DNA from: Geosiphon pyriformis uo1
Lineage: Eukaryota > Fungi > Glomeromycota
Assembly: GCA_016748015.1 (NCBI GenBank)
Contig: JAAOMT010000414.1
Span: 283,834 to 347,833, forward strand
Length of the DNA stretch: 64,000 nucleotides
Reading direction: 5' to 3'
The notes beneath the pieces are model-generated. The model searched no databases. It saw nothing but the letters and a program-made list of their open reading frames with translations, and had not been told where the DNA came from. Every line of letters starts with the position of its first letter. The stretch's first letter is position 1. The position numbers and the translations under genes are program-made. Below, piece after piece: positions 1 to 12,479 of this stretch.

Positions 1-1329
1 GAGACCATCAAAAGAGACCAGATGAGCAACTGGAGCCGAGCGTTTGGCATAAATGGCCACCAGCCTGCTTTTATTCATGTCTGAGAAAGCCCTATGCAGC
101 AAATTACCAGAAGAAAACTTCCTGCTAACTACACAACCCAATAACATATGACCCAACTTCTCACACTTGGCGCATTTAGCAAAGATAAGACGAGACTAGC
201 GGAGATTGGTGTTTCTAAGTACTGGCGTAGTTCCCATGGCAGCATCCAACAATTTAACAGAGTCGAAGCAAACAACAGTGCATCTGGCCCGAGCATACAT
301 AACAGAATGATGATCAATGACACATGTTTTCTCACCCACAGATTTAACAAAATCCCAAATATAGTGAGCATTAGTCCCTATTGGCAATATGTAGAACAGC
401 GCCTTATGTCAATCTCTTGTATCCCATGCCTCTTTGTCTGAATCAGCTCTGGCCACACATACAGCATCTTTCCCAATTAGAATGGACCACTTAGCTGCGA
501 CTAAATCAGCCTGATCTGGTTGCTCGAATTCTACCACTGCCTTCTGCCACAGCCCAATTAACTGTATCTTGATTGTCTTAATAACTCCAAACTCAGATAG
601 CGCAGCGTGCACAGTCTTAGCCGATGTTCTAATTGGAATTTCTTTTATAATCACAGCCCAATCTGATTGCCCAGATGATTTTTTGAGATTGGTGTTTACT
701 AGGATCTTCACACTTGCAGCCTTATTAGTAGCTTTCATTAGACTTGATTTGGAAGTAAACGTTGCTCTGATGATCCCTGAGAATTTTGAAAAGGTAGATG
801 CCCCCCCAAAACCATTGATTCCAGAAAATAATTTCCTCACCATCACAAGCTTTTCCTGAGAAGAATTGCTGGCCACCTTATTTAAGCCAATATCTAACGC
901 AAATAACTTCCTGATTGAAACATTGACCAAGTTTTTCAAAGAAAGGAGGAGCTCAAGAGGAGCATCCGAGAGAATACTATGACCATCACTATTCTTTGAG
1001 AAATCAATCTTTCCTAACAGCTTGCCCAATGCCTTTTTGGTTTTGACTTTTGAACTCATGAGTGTTTGATCATGATCCCCACCAGCCAGAACACCACCTT
1101 CACCAAAATCAAAGCTGGTCTCCTCCACTAGACACTCCTCTTCCATATCAATACTCTCAGACTCAGTAGTGTCCCCAGTTTCTGAACTCCATGAACAGCT
1201 CTTCTGAACTTTAAAAGCCACTTTTTTGCCATTAAAACTATCTTCCAAAACACCTTCCCTCCTCTTCTTTCTTAACAAGACTGTCTCAAAACCATTATCA
1301 GAACTAGAATTCTTAGCAGTCTTCTTCAT
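1..1329 (-). pseudogene. LINE ORF1 (RRM/gag-like RNA-binding protein), copy A
   Basis: ATG at 1329 (MKKTAKNSS..), in-frame stop at 409, homologous to ORF 7471..8007. Confidence 0.75.
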
Positions 1330-1472
1330 GATAGCAGTATTTGGGCCAATAGTGGCTTTGTAATTGAACAGAAATGGTTTAGAGATATTATACTGAATGG
1401 TAAAAACTTCTTTCAAAAAAACTTTTTAGACTCTTTTTTGGGATTTGTGGATGAACAAGAGAAAGAAGTTTT
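1..1472 (-). mobile_element. LINE copy A, 5' part (5' UTR + ORF1); continues beyond the window start
   Basis: ORF 409..1416 has the RRM-like block (VIIKEIP..LSEFGVIKTIKIQLIGLWQKAVVEF..KWSILIGKD) seen in ORF1 of copies B, C and F. It ends at the shared 5'-terminal motif (+ strand agaaagaagtttt, ~1460-1472). Confidence 0.85.
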
Positions 1473-1965
1473 ATTATATGTAAAAAGTACATAAACCATA
1501 TTTAATTTTGGAATACTTAGTTTGTTCTTAATTTTTAGATAGTAGTTGAATTATACTTGTTAAATCTTAAATCTTAATTTAATAAATAGTTATTTTTTTT
1601 ACTTTTTTACACAAATTTTTAATTATAATTATTTTAATAAAATAAAATAAAATAAAAAATAATAAAAAATTTAATAATATTATAAAATAATTTTTTTTAA
1701 ACTTAAATTATTTAATTTAATTTTATAATAAAAAAAATTTGTTTTATAAAAATTTATTTTAATTTTGTAGTAATTATGCTAATTTAAAAAAGATATTTAA
1801 TTCTAAATTTATTTTTTTTAAAAATCTTAACTGAATTTTTTTTTAAAATATTATTTTTTAATTTATAAAAACACTGTTTTTTATAATTTTTGTATTTAAA
1901 CAAAGCAAAAATAATAAATATAAACAGAATTATGCAATATATATATTTTTTTTTTTTATTTTATG

Positions 1966-2076
1966 AGTGCAGCCCAACCACTACCTAAATACATAAATCA
2001 AACATGGATCTAAATTAAGCATGGCTTATGCATTTTCTACATGTAACCAGCCACTTAGGCTAATCAAAGCAACACT
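1966..2076 (-). promoter_or_regulatory. Structured LINE 3' UTR (predicted four-way junction); homologs at 12503..12615, ~19965..20078, 27211..27322, 45934..46045
   Basis: Four helices can be drawn at the same positions in copies B, C, E and F, with compensatory or G.U substitutions. Confidence 0.65.
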
Positions 2077-5000
2077 ATACACTTACACAGCCTACAACAG
2101 GAATGCCATTCAGGAAACCAAAATCTAAACTTGACAAACATAAATACAGCCCAAAACTAACATGTACACTTAATTTAATACCGAAACTGCGGATAACATC
2201 AGATGACCACAAGGAAGACAGATCTGAGACTGAGGGAATTGAAAAACCATCACGTGACAAAAGATTATGTTTCTTATAATACACCCTCAACTTAGCAGCA
2301 GGCAACCATATAGAAGAATGGTGATTCTCAATAAAGTGTTGGACAAACCTAACAACAAGTGCACCACCATCAAAATCAGCACCCAACCAGCAACACATAT
2401 CATTTATCCAAGATTTCAACACAAAACCCTTAGCTAGTGCTGTATACAGCTCAACAGACACAGCCACCATTCCCAAAGAACAAAAAACCACACTATCATC
2501 AGCACAAACACCTAACAAGTCAGCCCAATCAAGAGCAGCAGTAGACAACAACTCCTTTCTAGCATTGTTATTAGAAAGGCAAGAGAAAGTGTGATCAGAA
2601 TCCTCCAACAAGCCACACCTGATGCAAGCAACACTCAGATACTTAGAATTATACAATCTTTTCTTGGCAGCCACTGGCAAACGATGGTGCAGCACTTTCA
2701 TAAAATACGAGCAGAGTGAAGCCAATGTCAAGCTGGTGAAGCCAGAGCTGATCTTGCCATCGGAATGCCAAACACTAAAAGTCCTAGCCCTATCAAAACC
2801 ATCATAGGAAATTGCATCCATGAAAACACCCACACATCTGGCTTTCCATCCAACAAAGTTAACCGCATTGAACAAAGCCTTAACAAATCGGTGAGCATTT
2901 TTAGAAACAGGCCTTCCTTCCACTTTGAAAAAATGAAAAGGCACCATAGGAGTCAAAATAAAGCTAGAGGTAACAGCAAAATTGGTGTAAAAATTGGCAT
3001 GCTTATTTCCAACATCACCAGAATGACCCTTGATCTTATTCCAAGTAACTAATAAAACCTTTCTAGAAATAATTTGACTAATATATTCCTTCTCAATCCA
3101 ACATTTATCCCGAAAATCAGGACCAAACCCACCAGATCTAGAGCAGCACATGTCAAGTAATGCTTGACTGTCTGTAAACAACACAACTGAACTAAAACCA
3201 GGCACACATTCTAACGCTAGAGTGATGACTTGCAGCTCCACCAAGGTCGAAGAAAGCAGCCCATTAACACTGACCCCAATGCTGACATCAACCCTAGAAA
3301 AGTAAGCAGCCACACCTCTATGAGCACCCACTGAACCCATACATTTAACAGACCCATCCATGTAAATGGTTACAGGATCCAAACCAGAAGCCAACAATTG
3401 GTTATGAATATAACTAAAATCACAAGAAACACCAGCCAAAGTGGAACAAGAAGACACAAACTCACCACCCGACAAACCACCAGCACTGACAAAATTGACC
3501 AAAGTAGTAAACCAAGCAGGAACTAGGTCTTTGGGGTCCAGCCTCTTCCATTGGCGAAAGGTGTTCCAAGAAAAACAGGAATCATTGCGGTCCAGAATCT
3601 GGTTTACAAACACTATACCATATCACCTAAGATATTTTGACATACATAAATAAGAATCAGAGCCCAACACATCCAGAACTGTCACACTACCACCAGCCCA
3701 AAAAACATCAAACATATCACCATCCAGGGACAGGTTGCATAAAACAAGAGCACATGTCACACCAGACAGGAAGCAGTCTATTAGATCTATCATTAGCCTG
3801 ATCAGAAATTGGAGAGGGTGTCTGGGCATCCAACTAGTGGCCTGCAAATTCATTGCCCTATGATCAAACAATCTGCCGAGAATTCCACCAGCATTAGCAA
3901 AACTAATTAAACTAGCCAGAAGATTTTCAGTAAGCACTTGCTCAAAAATTCTTAAACCAAATAACTCAAGATGATGCAATGCATTACTAGAAAAGTCCTT
4001 AGGCAGGTTTGCTTTAAGCTTCAAGCCTTTTCTCAACATAACATCTCACCTATCACAGACATTTTTCAAAACACAACTAAACTGAAGTCTGTAGGAAACA
4101 ATAGGCTGTAAAACAGCAGAAACCAAGTACAAAAATTGCTTTTCAGTAATGGTCTTCCTCAAAACCACATTCGAAAAAAACCTGACATCTGAATGGGCTT
4201 TGGCCAAGCTCAGTTTGGACAAGCCATCAGACAAAATAAAAATTTTCAAGTACCGATGAGATTCCTTTCTTTTCACAATTAAGATATTAGAACCACTAAT
4301 AGAAAGTGATGCATCTTTAACTTCTTGGTTGATAGGAATAGCAACCATTTTACTATCATTAATAGATATGTCGTTGACTGAGAAAAACTCGCTTGCAATG
4401 TCTAATATCTTCTGTGTAGCAGATAAGCAGTTACCAACCCAAATGGTGTCATCAACAAAAGCACTGGCTGCAAAGTATGAAGTCAAACCATCCCGAGCAT
4501 CCATCTTACTAGTCTTAGTAAAAAATTTTGAACTCAATTTGTACCCATACAATTGCTTATGCTTTTTCACCTCACAAAGTAAGGGATCATAAAAAATTCT
4601 CCACAACAGCAGTGAAAACACTTCACCCTAATCTAAGCCATCATGAACAGTATATCTAATAGTGAGCCCAAAATCAATCATTACCTAATTGGTCCGATTA
4701 TTGTGTATATCTTCAAAAAACTCAATGAAATGAGAGCACATCTTGATCCTAGCCAGACTGGCTTTAAGATGGAACCAACCAACCAAGTCATAAGCCTTAT
4801 GCATATTTTGAAGAACCAACCAAAGTTCTCTATTCTTCTCTAAAGCATCCTCAATTATTAAACCAATAGCAAAAATAGGAGTCTGTGTAGATGTACCCTT
4901 TAAGACTGAAAAATTGTCGCCATGCAAAACATCAAACCTACTACAGGCCAAAGAGATTCTGTCTGACAGAATCTTAGAAAGTATCTTCCTAGCAGTCTCA

Positions 5001-6763
5001 ACCAAAGCAATAGGTCGAGTATTAGTAAGAGTTCTTTCCCAGTCGTATGGCTTTGGAATCATTGATACCCAAGCCAACTTCTATTGTTTAGACACTGTAC
5101 CAGACACAAAACATGCATTGAAAATGTCCAACAAACCACCCAGAACCCACAAATCACCATGCTTTCAGAGTTTGTTAGGAATACCAAAAAGTCCAGCAGT
5201 CTTGCCATCAGGTAAATCATTAACTACTTTGAAAAACTCATCAGACTTTATGTTACACATAACTGCAGAAAATACACAATCATCAACATGAACCAAAGGG
5301 ACATACTGAGCCAACCAACAAGGAGGCAGAGAATCGGAAACCACACATTTCCTTATCCAATCTTCCATAATACTATCAACAGTGGATTTGATCTCACCAG
5401 ATTTGAGAATCAAATCATCTCCAACTATTAGGTGGTCAAGTACCACCTTCCAAAATGGACACTCCAAGACACTCTTGATCATGTGACCCTTATCAGAACA
5501 AAAATTCTCCATGTGTTTGTCAATAGCCTTCCTAATAAGGATGTCCCTAGCAACCCTAGATTCAAAGTACTTAGACTTGCGATATTTTTTCCTAACTCTT
5601 GATAAGTGGCACAGAATTACCTCAATATTGACACTATTGTCAACCATGACGTGAACCTCAGTAGCATCACTAACATCAATTTTGGACCAAACATCAATAA
5701 GTTTGATTACACTAGAAACCTAATAAGAACCCAAATTCCACATCAATTTAGCCACCAAAAGCTCTAGCTTGAAGAATTTTGAAGATTGTTTATTTCTCAA
5801 ACACTCGAATTTACTGAACCAGAATCTCGAAAACACCTTATCAGCAGAGCTAATTACTACTTCCCTAATGATCTCCCACATAGCATCCAGATTATCATTA
5901 GTCTTAGCCTCATAAAATTTACCTGATTGCTCCAGAAATCTAATTAAAAAGCAGTCTCGAAAACCTAACCACTTGTCAGCACCCGTATCCTTGATTCTGA
6001 ATTTCCACCTATCCTTATTAGCTTGCTTATGAACACTATTGAGATGAGCATTGAGAAGACCATCCAAGCCAATTAAAACTGAAACAGTCTTGTGGTCCAT
6101 ATCAAAAAAACCCTGAACAAAAGCAACGCCATGACCAGCAATTACAGCTGACAGATCTTCACTTACAAAAATAAAATCAATAACCTTCTCAACACCTCTC
6201 GAGTTGCCCCAAGTAGGAGCCCCAATCAAAGAGTGTCTCCCAAATGAATTAACCAAATCCAGATCAGAACAAAATTTAAAACTTGCACTCTTCCTAGAGC
6301 TGTTTTCATTAAAATCACCACCAAGAACCACAAAAGTGCTGGAGTTTACAGGCTTAGCAATAAAAGAATTGATTTTTGAAGCCTAACCAAACCTAGTACC
6401 AGCAGAAATGCCAGCATAAAAATCCAGAACTGAAACTGAAAGCTTGCCTTTGAAGAAAAGTCACACTGAGATAAAACAACCAGAAACCTCTTCGACTTTA
6501 GAGACATGACAAGCTAAAGAATTGTCCATAATAATAGTCATGCCAGTACCAAGAAAACCCACATTCAACCCTGAAAAAAAAATTCTCACCCCATCAAACT
6601 TATCTGTAATCCATGGCCTAGTAGAAAATTTAAGCTTAGTTTCTGTAACTATTGAGATCAAATTACCAGAATCAAAATGTCAATGCACAACATCCTCTTG
6701 CTTAGCAGGAATGTTGATACCATGAACATTACATGTAGCTACCCTCCAAATCAGGTCACTCAT
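2075..6763 (-). pseudogene. LINE ORF2: AP endonuclease - reverse transcriptase - RNase H - C-terminal Zn finger (stop-disrupted)
   Basis: APE motifs (ATCNVHG, VTETK, LGGDFN, IDFIF, MDH), RT motifs (RPIAL, KAYD, AFVDD at 4448-4459, RYL), RNase H motifs (YMDGS, EL, TDSQ, KGHSGDVGN), and CIRC..H..SC. Confidence 0.9.
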
Positions 6764-8619
6764 TGGGGTAAAAAAAATGCCTGTGAACCCAAGCTAATAC
6801 ACAACTAATCTAACTTCTCCAAAATCACACCAACAGAGGCATCAAGAGCCAACAACTTGGATTCCAAAGAACCCACCTTAGAAGTCAAAACCTTTGAACT
6901 ACTTGAACCCAAATCTGAACCACCGAAAGGAAGCGGAGATGTCACCACAAGATTGTTTAAGGTATCATCCAAAGCCATATCAAAACTGGCAGCTGCTGGA
7001 GCAGCCAAAACACCAGAAGTAGAAAAAGAAGGGACCAAAGGCACCAGATTTACATTGTTGAGTTTGTGCATAATACCAGAAACCTGGTCATTTAGGAGCT
7101 CCAATGAATGCTCCAAAAATGCCAAACAAGCACTCAAAGATGAATTGACATTTAGAAGCAAAGAAACACCACCACCTAAACTAAAGGCACCATGAGAAAA
7201 GGCACTAAAACCAAAACCAGAGCCAAAAAAGAATGCAAGAGACACCACTTGGGCCCATGACTTGCCCCCAAAAGCAGCAGAATGAGAGATAGGAACATTT
7301 TTCTTTGCATAAAGCCTGGCCAGCTGAAGGCGGTTGGCAAAAGAAGCAGGCTTTTTGAACAAAGATAAGAGCTCAGGAGATGACACAATTGAAACATCAC
7401 ATTCAAGAGCCAAATAACCAAGACACCCACATTTTTTGTACCAAACCAAATCAAATCTAGCCCACAAAAGTCAAACACCACCAAGGATAGGCTCAATAAG
7501 AAAAGCTGAATTCAAATTATTAGTAGATTCAAAGCACACTACTGCACAACAAAATCTATTGCCAGTTTCCAATAAGCAATTAATAACACAAGTCTTCTTA
7601 CCAACTTTATCCAAAAGTGTACCAATATCATGTGCAGTAGTTCCCACTGGCAAAGTAAACAAAAGCGCCCTGAAGTGATCCTTTAACACCCAGATATTAT
7701 GATCACCCACAGCTTTGGCTACACGCACTAAGTCTTTCCCAATTAAGAATGACCACTTTGAGGCCAACTGATCAGCTTGACCAGATTCGGTGAATTCCAC
7801 CACAGCTTTTTGCCACATTCCAATTAATTGAATTTTAATTGATTTAATTTCTCCAAACTCAGCTACTGTGGTGACAATCATTTCTTTAGACGTGTCCATG
7901 GGAATTTCTTTGATTACCACAGCTTGACCTGAATGCATTCCTTGTCTTTTGAAATCAGTGTTTACAATGATGTTGTTATTTTTGGCCAATGAGGCAGTCT
8001 TTTCCATGCTTGCTTCAGAGGTGAAGGTAGATCTAATAATCTTTTCAAATTTTGAGGGGGTAGTGGCCCCCTCAAAACCATTGATCCCTAAAAATAATTT
8101 TCTTATGACCTAAGTTTTGGCCATTGCCGATTTTTTTTCTACAGCTGAAAGATCAATGTCCAAAGCAAAAAAAATTTTCACAGACACCTCAACCTGAGTT
8201 TTAACAATTTTAGGATCAATCCACTTTTTTTCCAGAGGGATAAACACATGAAAAGAAAGCACAATTTTATTATCATCCATAGTGAAGTCAGAAAAGCCAA
8301 GTGGAGAACCAAACATTGTGCCAGTATCAACATGTTTCACCTTAGAAGTAGTTGCAGCTAAATCCAGAAGAAACCCTCCATATACACCTGTCATGCCAAC
8401 ATCCTTATCATCACCAGACAGACTATCTACATTAAAGTACACACTATCACCAGGCCCAGATTTACTCAAAGAGATATTTCTCTCATCACCAGAGTGTTTA
8501 ACATTGCCAAGAACCACTCTTTTTTTCTGAGCAAAAAAACCACCAGCAGGACCATGAAAAGCACTTTTGGGCGCCTTTTTTTTTGACATATCACTGCCCG
8601 AAGCAGTTTTCAAATCCAT
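6760..8619 (-). pseudogene. LINE ORF1 of copy B (RRM + CCHC remnant)
   Basis: ORF fragments 8110..8619, 7471..8007 and 6805..7467. A decayed knuckle (YKKCGCLGYLALEC) is present, and the frame ends at TGA 6762-6760, overlapping the ORF2 ATG. Confidence 0.85.
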
Positions 8620-9573
8620 AACAAAGGAGTTATTGTTTAAGGAAATGTTGAAAGAAAACTAACAAGAAAAAATAAAAAACTTCTTTTTCAGAAAATGTGC
8701 TTTTTTGAGGATTTTTGGAGGTAAGAAAGAAAGAAGTTTTTAATATATATTTTTAATTCTAATAAATAAAGAATCAATAAAAAGAAAAAGTCTATAATTT
8801 ATTAATAAATATATATAAAACTTTTTTTATTAACAAAATTAACTATTTTTTTTATTTTTTAAACATATTTATTTTTGTTTAAAATTTTGTTTGTTTTTAC
8901 TTTAGTTATAATATTAATAATAATATAGTAATTTTGTATTATTTTGGAATTTCTGTTTTAAAATTGATTTTAAATTATAAAAAATACATATTCATTTAAA
9001 TTAAATTTTTTTAAATATAATAAGTTTTATTAAATTTTCAAGTTTTGAGTATTACTATTTTTCGGTGATTTATTTGCAAAGCTGTTATATAATTTTATAT
9101 AATTCTTTTTTGAACTACAGTGTTTAAGATCAGTAATTGAATGTATGACTCATCACTTCTGAAACACACTTTTTTGCATAAGAGGAATACAATTAGTTAG
9201 AGGAAGAAACAATGGCGCTGAAAATACAATAACCTTAATCTGGTCATATGTTCACTGACAATTGTCTCTCTTTCGTTCGCTTCTCACTGACTCTCACAAA
9301 GGTGAGTGAGTGGGACATTCGTTTCTTCGGGTCAAAGCTCAATTTCGGGATGTATGCCTCTGATTCAGTCCTTTACTAAAATATCCAACAATGTAATGTG
9401 AAATTACCATCTTAGGGATACCCAATGTTTGTTTACTTCAACATCCACTGTTAGTCCCAACTTGAACTTGTTCTATTTTTTTAGCCCACATTAAAAAAGA
9501 ACGACTCTTGCTATTAGATATCTATTGAATACTAGAAATATAAGCAACTTTTATTTGTTGAACTTAGAGAGAA

Positions 9574-11309
9574 ATGGTTCGCAGTAGGAGCAACGTTACT
9601 CAAAATGACGAATTGTCAAGTGGGACAAACCTGCAAACACCGCCGAGATATGACTTGCGAGAAACTCAAAATAGGCGACGACAACGACCAAAACAACAGG
9701 TTACCCCCTCTAAATTACCCAACAACCCAAATTCAATTGACTACTCAAATCTGAGAACAGATTCTTCTTTTATACAAGGAGGTGTTTCACCGGATGGACC
9801 GAATGCAAATTGTGAAGAGCTATATCAACGCATAAAATATGTTCCTTTCGAAGACTTAGGATACGGATCTGATACCTCAAAAAGTAATGATTATTCAACA
9901 AAACTGGGAACTAAAAATATTTTTAGCCCCATACCCAGGAATATGAAAGAATTCGAAGATAATGAACTGGAGAATAGGAAAGAAGTGAAAATTCCAGAGC
10001 TACCTTATCAGCGTAGCACTTATAGTATGCTCCTTGTACCAATTGATCAAGAGCGAAATTTCGGCAATGACTTCGGGTGTCACAACAGCGATCGTAATAA
10101 TCATGTTAACCATCAATCCACTACCTCGGTAGACGGCACTCGATTTAGCATTGGTTCGAATACTGAAACCTCGTTGTCTGGGAAAAAAGGTATCGAAGTC
10201 CCAATACAAACTCACCCAAGTTTTGATATGTTAGCTTTTGTTTGGCAAGAGCTTTCGAAGCTATTTCATGGTGCAATAAATCTGCCAGACCTCGGATCTG
10301 ATAAATCGGAAAAAGAATTTCAAAATGGTCACAATGATAAACTCCGAAGGTCACGAGATAATCAACAAGCAATTTTACTGGGACTCAAAAAAATCTTGAT
10401 TTTTCTTGGATTATTGATATTTTTATTCTATGTCGGAAGTTTTGTTTGGAATTATCGCCCTAAAAAGTCGGATGATATTCGATTGGATGTGGCTTGGGAT
10501 TCCGAAGAATTTCGTGCTTTGATCGCAAATGAAGCTGGGACAATATTTTCTCATGAAATACAAAAAGTATTGAAAAAAAAGGTTGAATCTGGTTTCAATA
10601 GAGAAGAAGTATTAGAAGCAATGAGAAGAGAAATGCAAGAGGTAAGATTTTAGATTTTAGATCATAGATTGTGATTATTGTGAAATATAAGCTTACCTAT
10701 CTATTTCTTCACAATAAGGTATTTACAAAGGAATTGCTAGAGAAAAAATATGGCGCAAGTCGACCAGATTTTGCTCTTTCCACAGTAGGAGCAAGGATCA
10801 TTCCCCATTTGACCTCTCTTTCATATTCCGTCTCTCCTCAAAATTGGCCGGGGAAATTTTTATCCTATATATCTTGGCGAAGTAATATTGTTGATAACGC
10901 ACCAATGATTACTATTGCACCTGGGATCTATGATGGTCTATGCTGGAGTTATCCGGGTGAAAAGGGGGTTTTGGCTGTGCGACTAGCGAAAACAGCTTAT
11001 GTAACTGCGATTACTTATGAACATATTAGTAAAGAGATCGCGGTACGGGATGAAATTTCTCCTGCGCCAAAAGATTTTGAGGTTTGGGGATTACCAGAAA
11101 CTGGATTGGAAATGAGTATAACTGATTTCTCTGTTTTTCTTGGAAGTTTTACTTACAATGTTGAAGATGATTCTTCAAGACAAATATTTAATGTCGACGA
11201 ATCAAAAATACCGATTCGTGCGGTCCTCTTCAAAATTAAGAACAATTGGGGCAACTCTCAATTCACCCGTATTTATCGTTTCCGTGTTCATGGTGATCGT
11301 GTTGATTAG
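9574..11309 (+). CDS. SUN-domain (Sad1/UNC-84-like) inner nuclear membrane protein; exons 9574..10641 + 10719..11309, ~552 aa
   Basis: Disordered N-terminus, one TM segment (ILIFLGLLIFLFYVGSFVW) and a helical linker. C-terminal SUN motifs: PDFAL..GARI..TS, CWSY.G, ITYEH, APKDFEVWG, NNWG, YRFRVHG. CpG is retained and there are no stops. Confidence 0.93.
10642..10718 (+). other. Spliceosomal intron (77 nt, phase 0) of the SUN gene
   Basis: GAG|gtaaga donor, gcttac branch-like site and aataag|GTA acceptor. Splicing joins the two ORFs in frame (..MQE/VFTK..). Confidence 0.8.
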
Positions 11310-12479
11310 GTCTTTGATAGCTATGTTTTTTGTTTAGAATTGGGGTTTTTTTTGAAGGGATGGTTGGAAATTTTGGTTCAGTATCATCCTTTGTATAGAT
11401 TTAAGTTCCTGTTGATGCAAATAGTCAATTTGATAATTACTGTAACCTTTTTCATGCTTTTAATATTATTTGAATTTGGATTTCTGTTTGGCACATCATC
11501 TTTTACATGATCTACAGCTGGGATTTTCCGCATGTTGATTTTCAGATTAAATTTTCGTCATATGTAGTTACATTAATCCAACTCCCAAAATCTTGATCGA
11601 CATTATACTAATACGGCAAGCATAATCAATACTGAACTAAAGTACAGATGCTATTAATAACGGAAATCACTAATAGATTTGTGACATTTTTTAACATAAA
11701 CCAAAACCCAATATTCTTAAAATGGTTAAAAATCCTCACATTTTTTTTTAAGCATTGAGATTAATGGTGGTTTAACAAAAGTATCTATAAATTGTGAAAT
11801 TGGAAAACTATAAGTTAATGTTTTTAATCTACTCTTTAAATAAATTGCTCTATTTTACAAGTATACTAACTCTTAATAATTATTATAAATTTTCTGAATA
11901 TTTTTTTTTAAGATAAAAAATAAAAATGCAATAAAAATAATTAATTTATTCAGAAAATATTAGTTAATAACTTAAAAAATATAGCTTATATTATATTTAT
12001 AATTATTATTATTATTATTATTTACTTTTAATTAGATTAAAAAAAATATGTGAAATTTAAAATAAATGTTTTATTTTATTTCTTAAAAATTTTGCAATAA
12101 TAAAAAACCAACTGTTAAAATTACACTGGTTTTTAATTTTTTTATAAATAATTTGTTTCGAGATTTTCATACGCCTTATTTGAACAATCCAATATTCCAG
12201 ATCTGCAATTATTATTCAAAAGTAGTTACCAAAAAACATAATCAATTAATTTGTTTCTGCTTATGTTGATCATAATTATAATTGGTATTATTAATATACA
12301 ATTAATGTTCTAAATCAAGCCATTTAAATTTGATTATTTAAAGCATTAACTTCTAAAAAATAATATACTGAATAAGCCTAAAGTAAATTGATTAATTGAA
12401 TATATATAAATAATTAATATTATTAAAATAATGCTAATACAGTACATAAATTTTAAGTAATTTAACTATATATACAGTC

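Larger units (their letters stand above)
1946..8741 (-). mobile_element. Full-length LINE copy B (~6.8 kb)
   Basis: Poly(A) tail (T12 at 1946-1957 on +), 3' UTR, ORF2 and ORF1 fragments in order, 5' motif at ~8729-8741. An atatatattttt-like sequence on both flanks may be a TSD. Confidence 0.92.

Noticed and set aside
2045-2066. TAGCCTAAGTGG resembling a tRNA D-arm/A-box in the LINE 3' UTR
   Set aside because: No T-loop/B-box (GTTCRA) or anticodon-arm geometry; it is explained by helix P2, so no tRNA is called.
148-8530. Many short plus-strand ORFs over the LINEs (and equivalents elsewhere)
   Set aside because: Antisense shadows of TE coding regions, with no motifs of their own.
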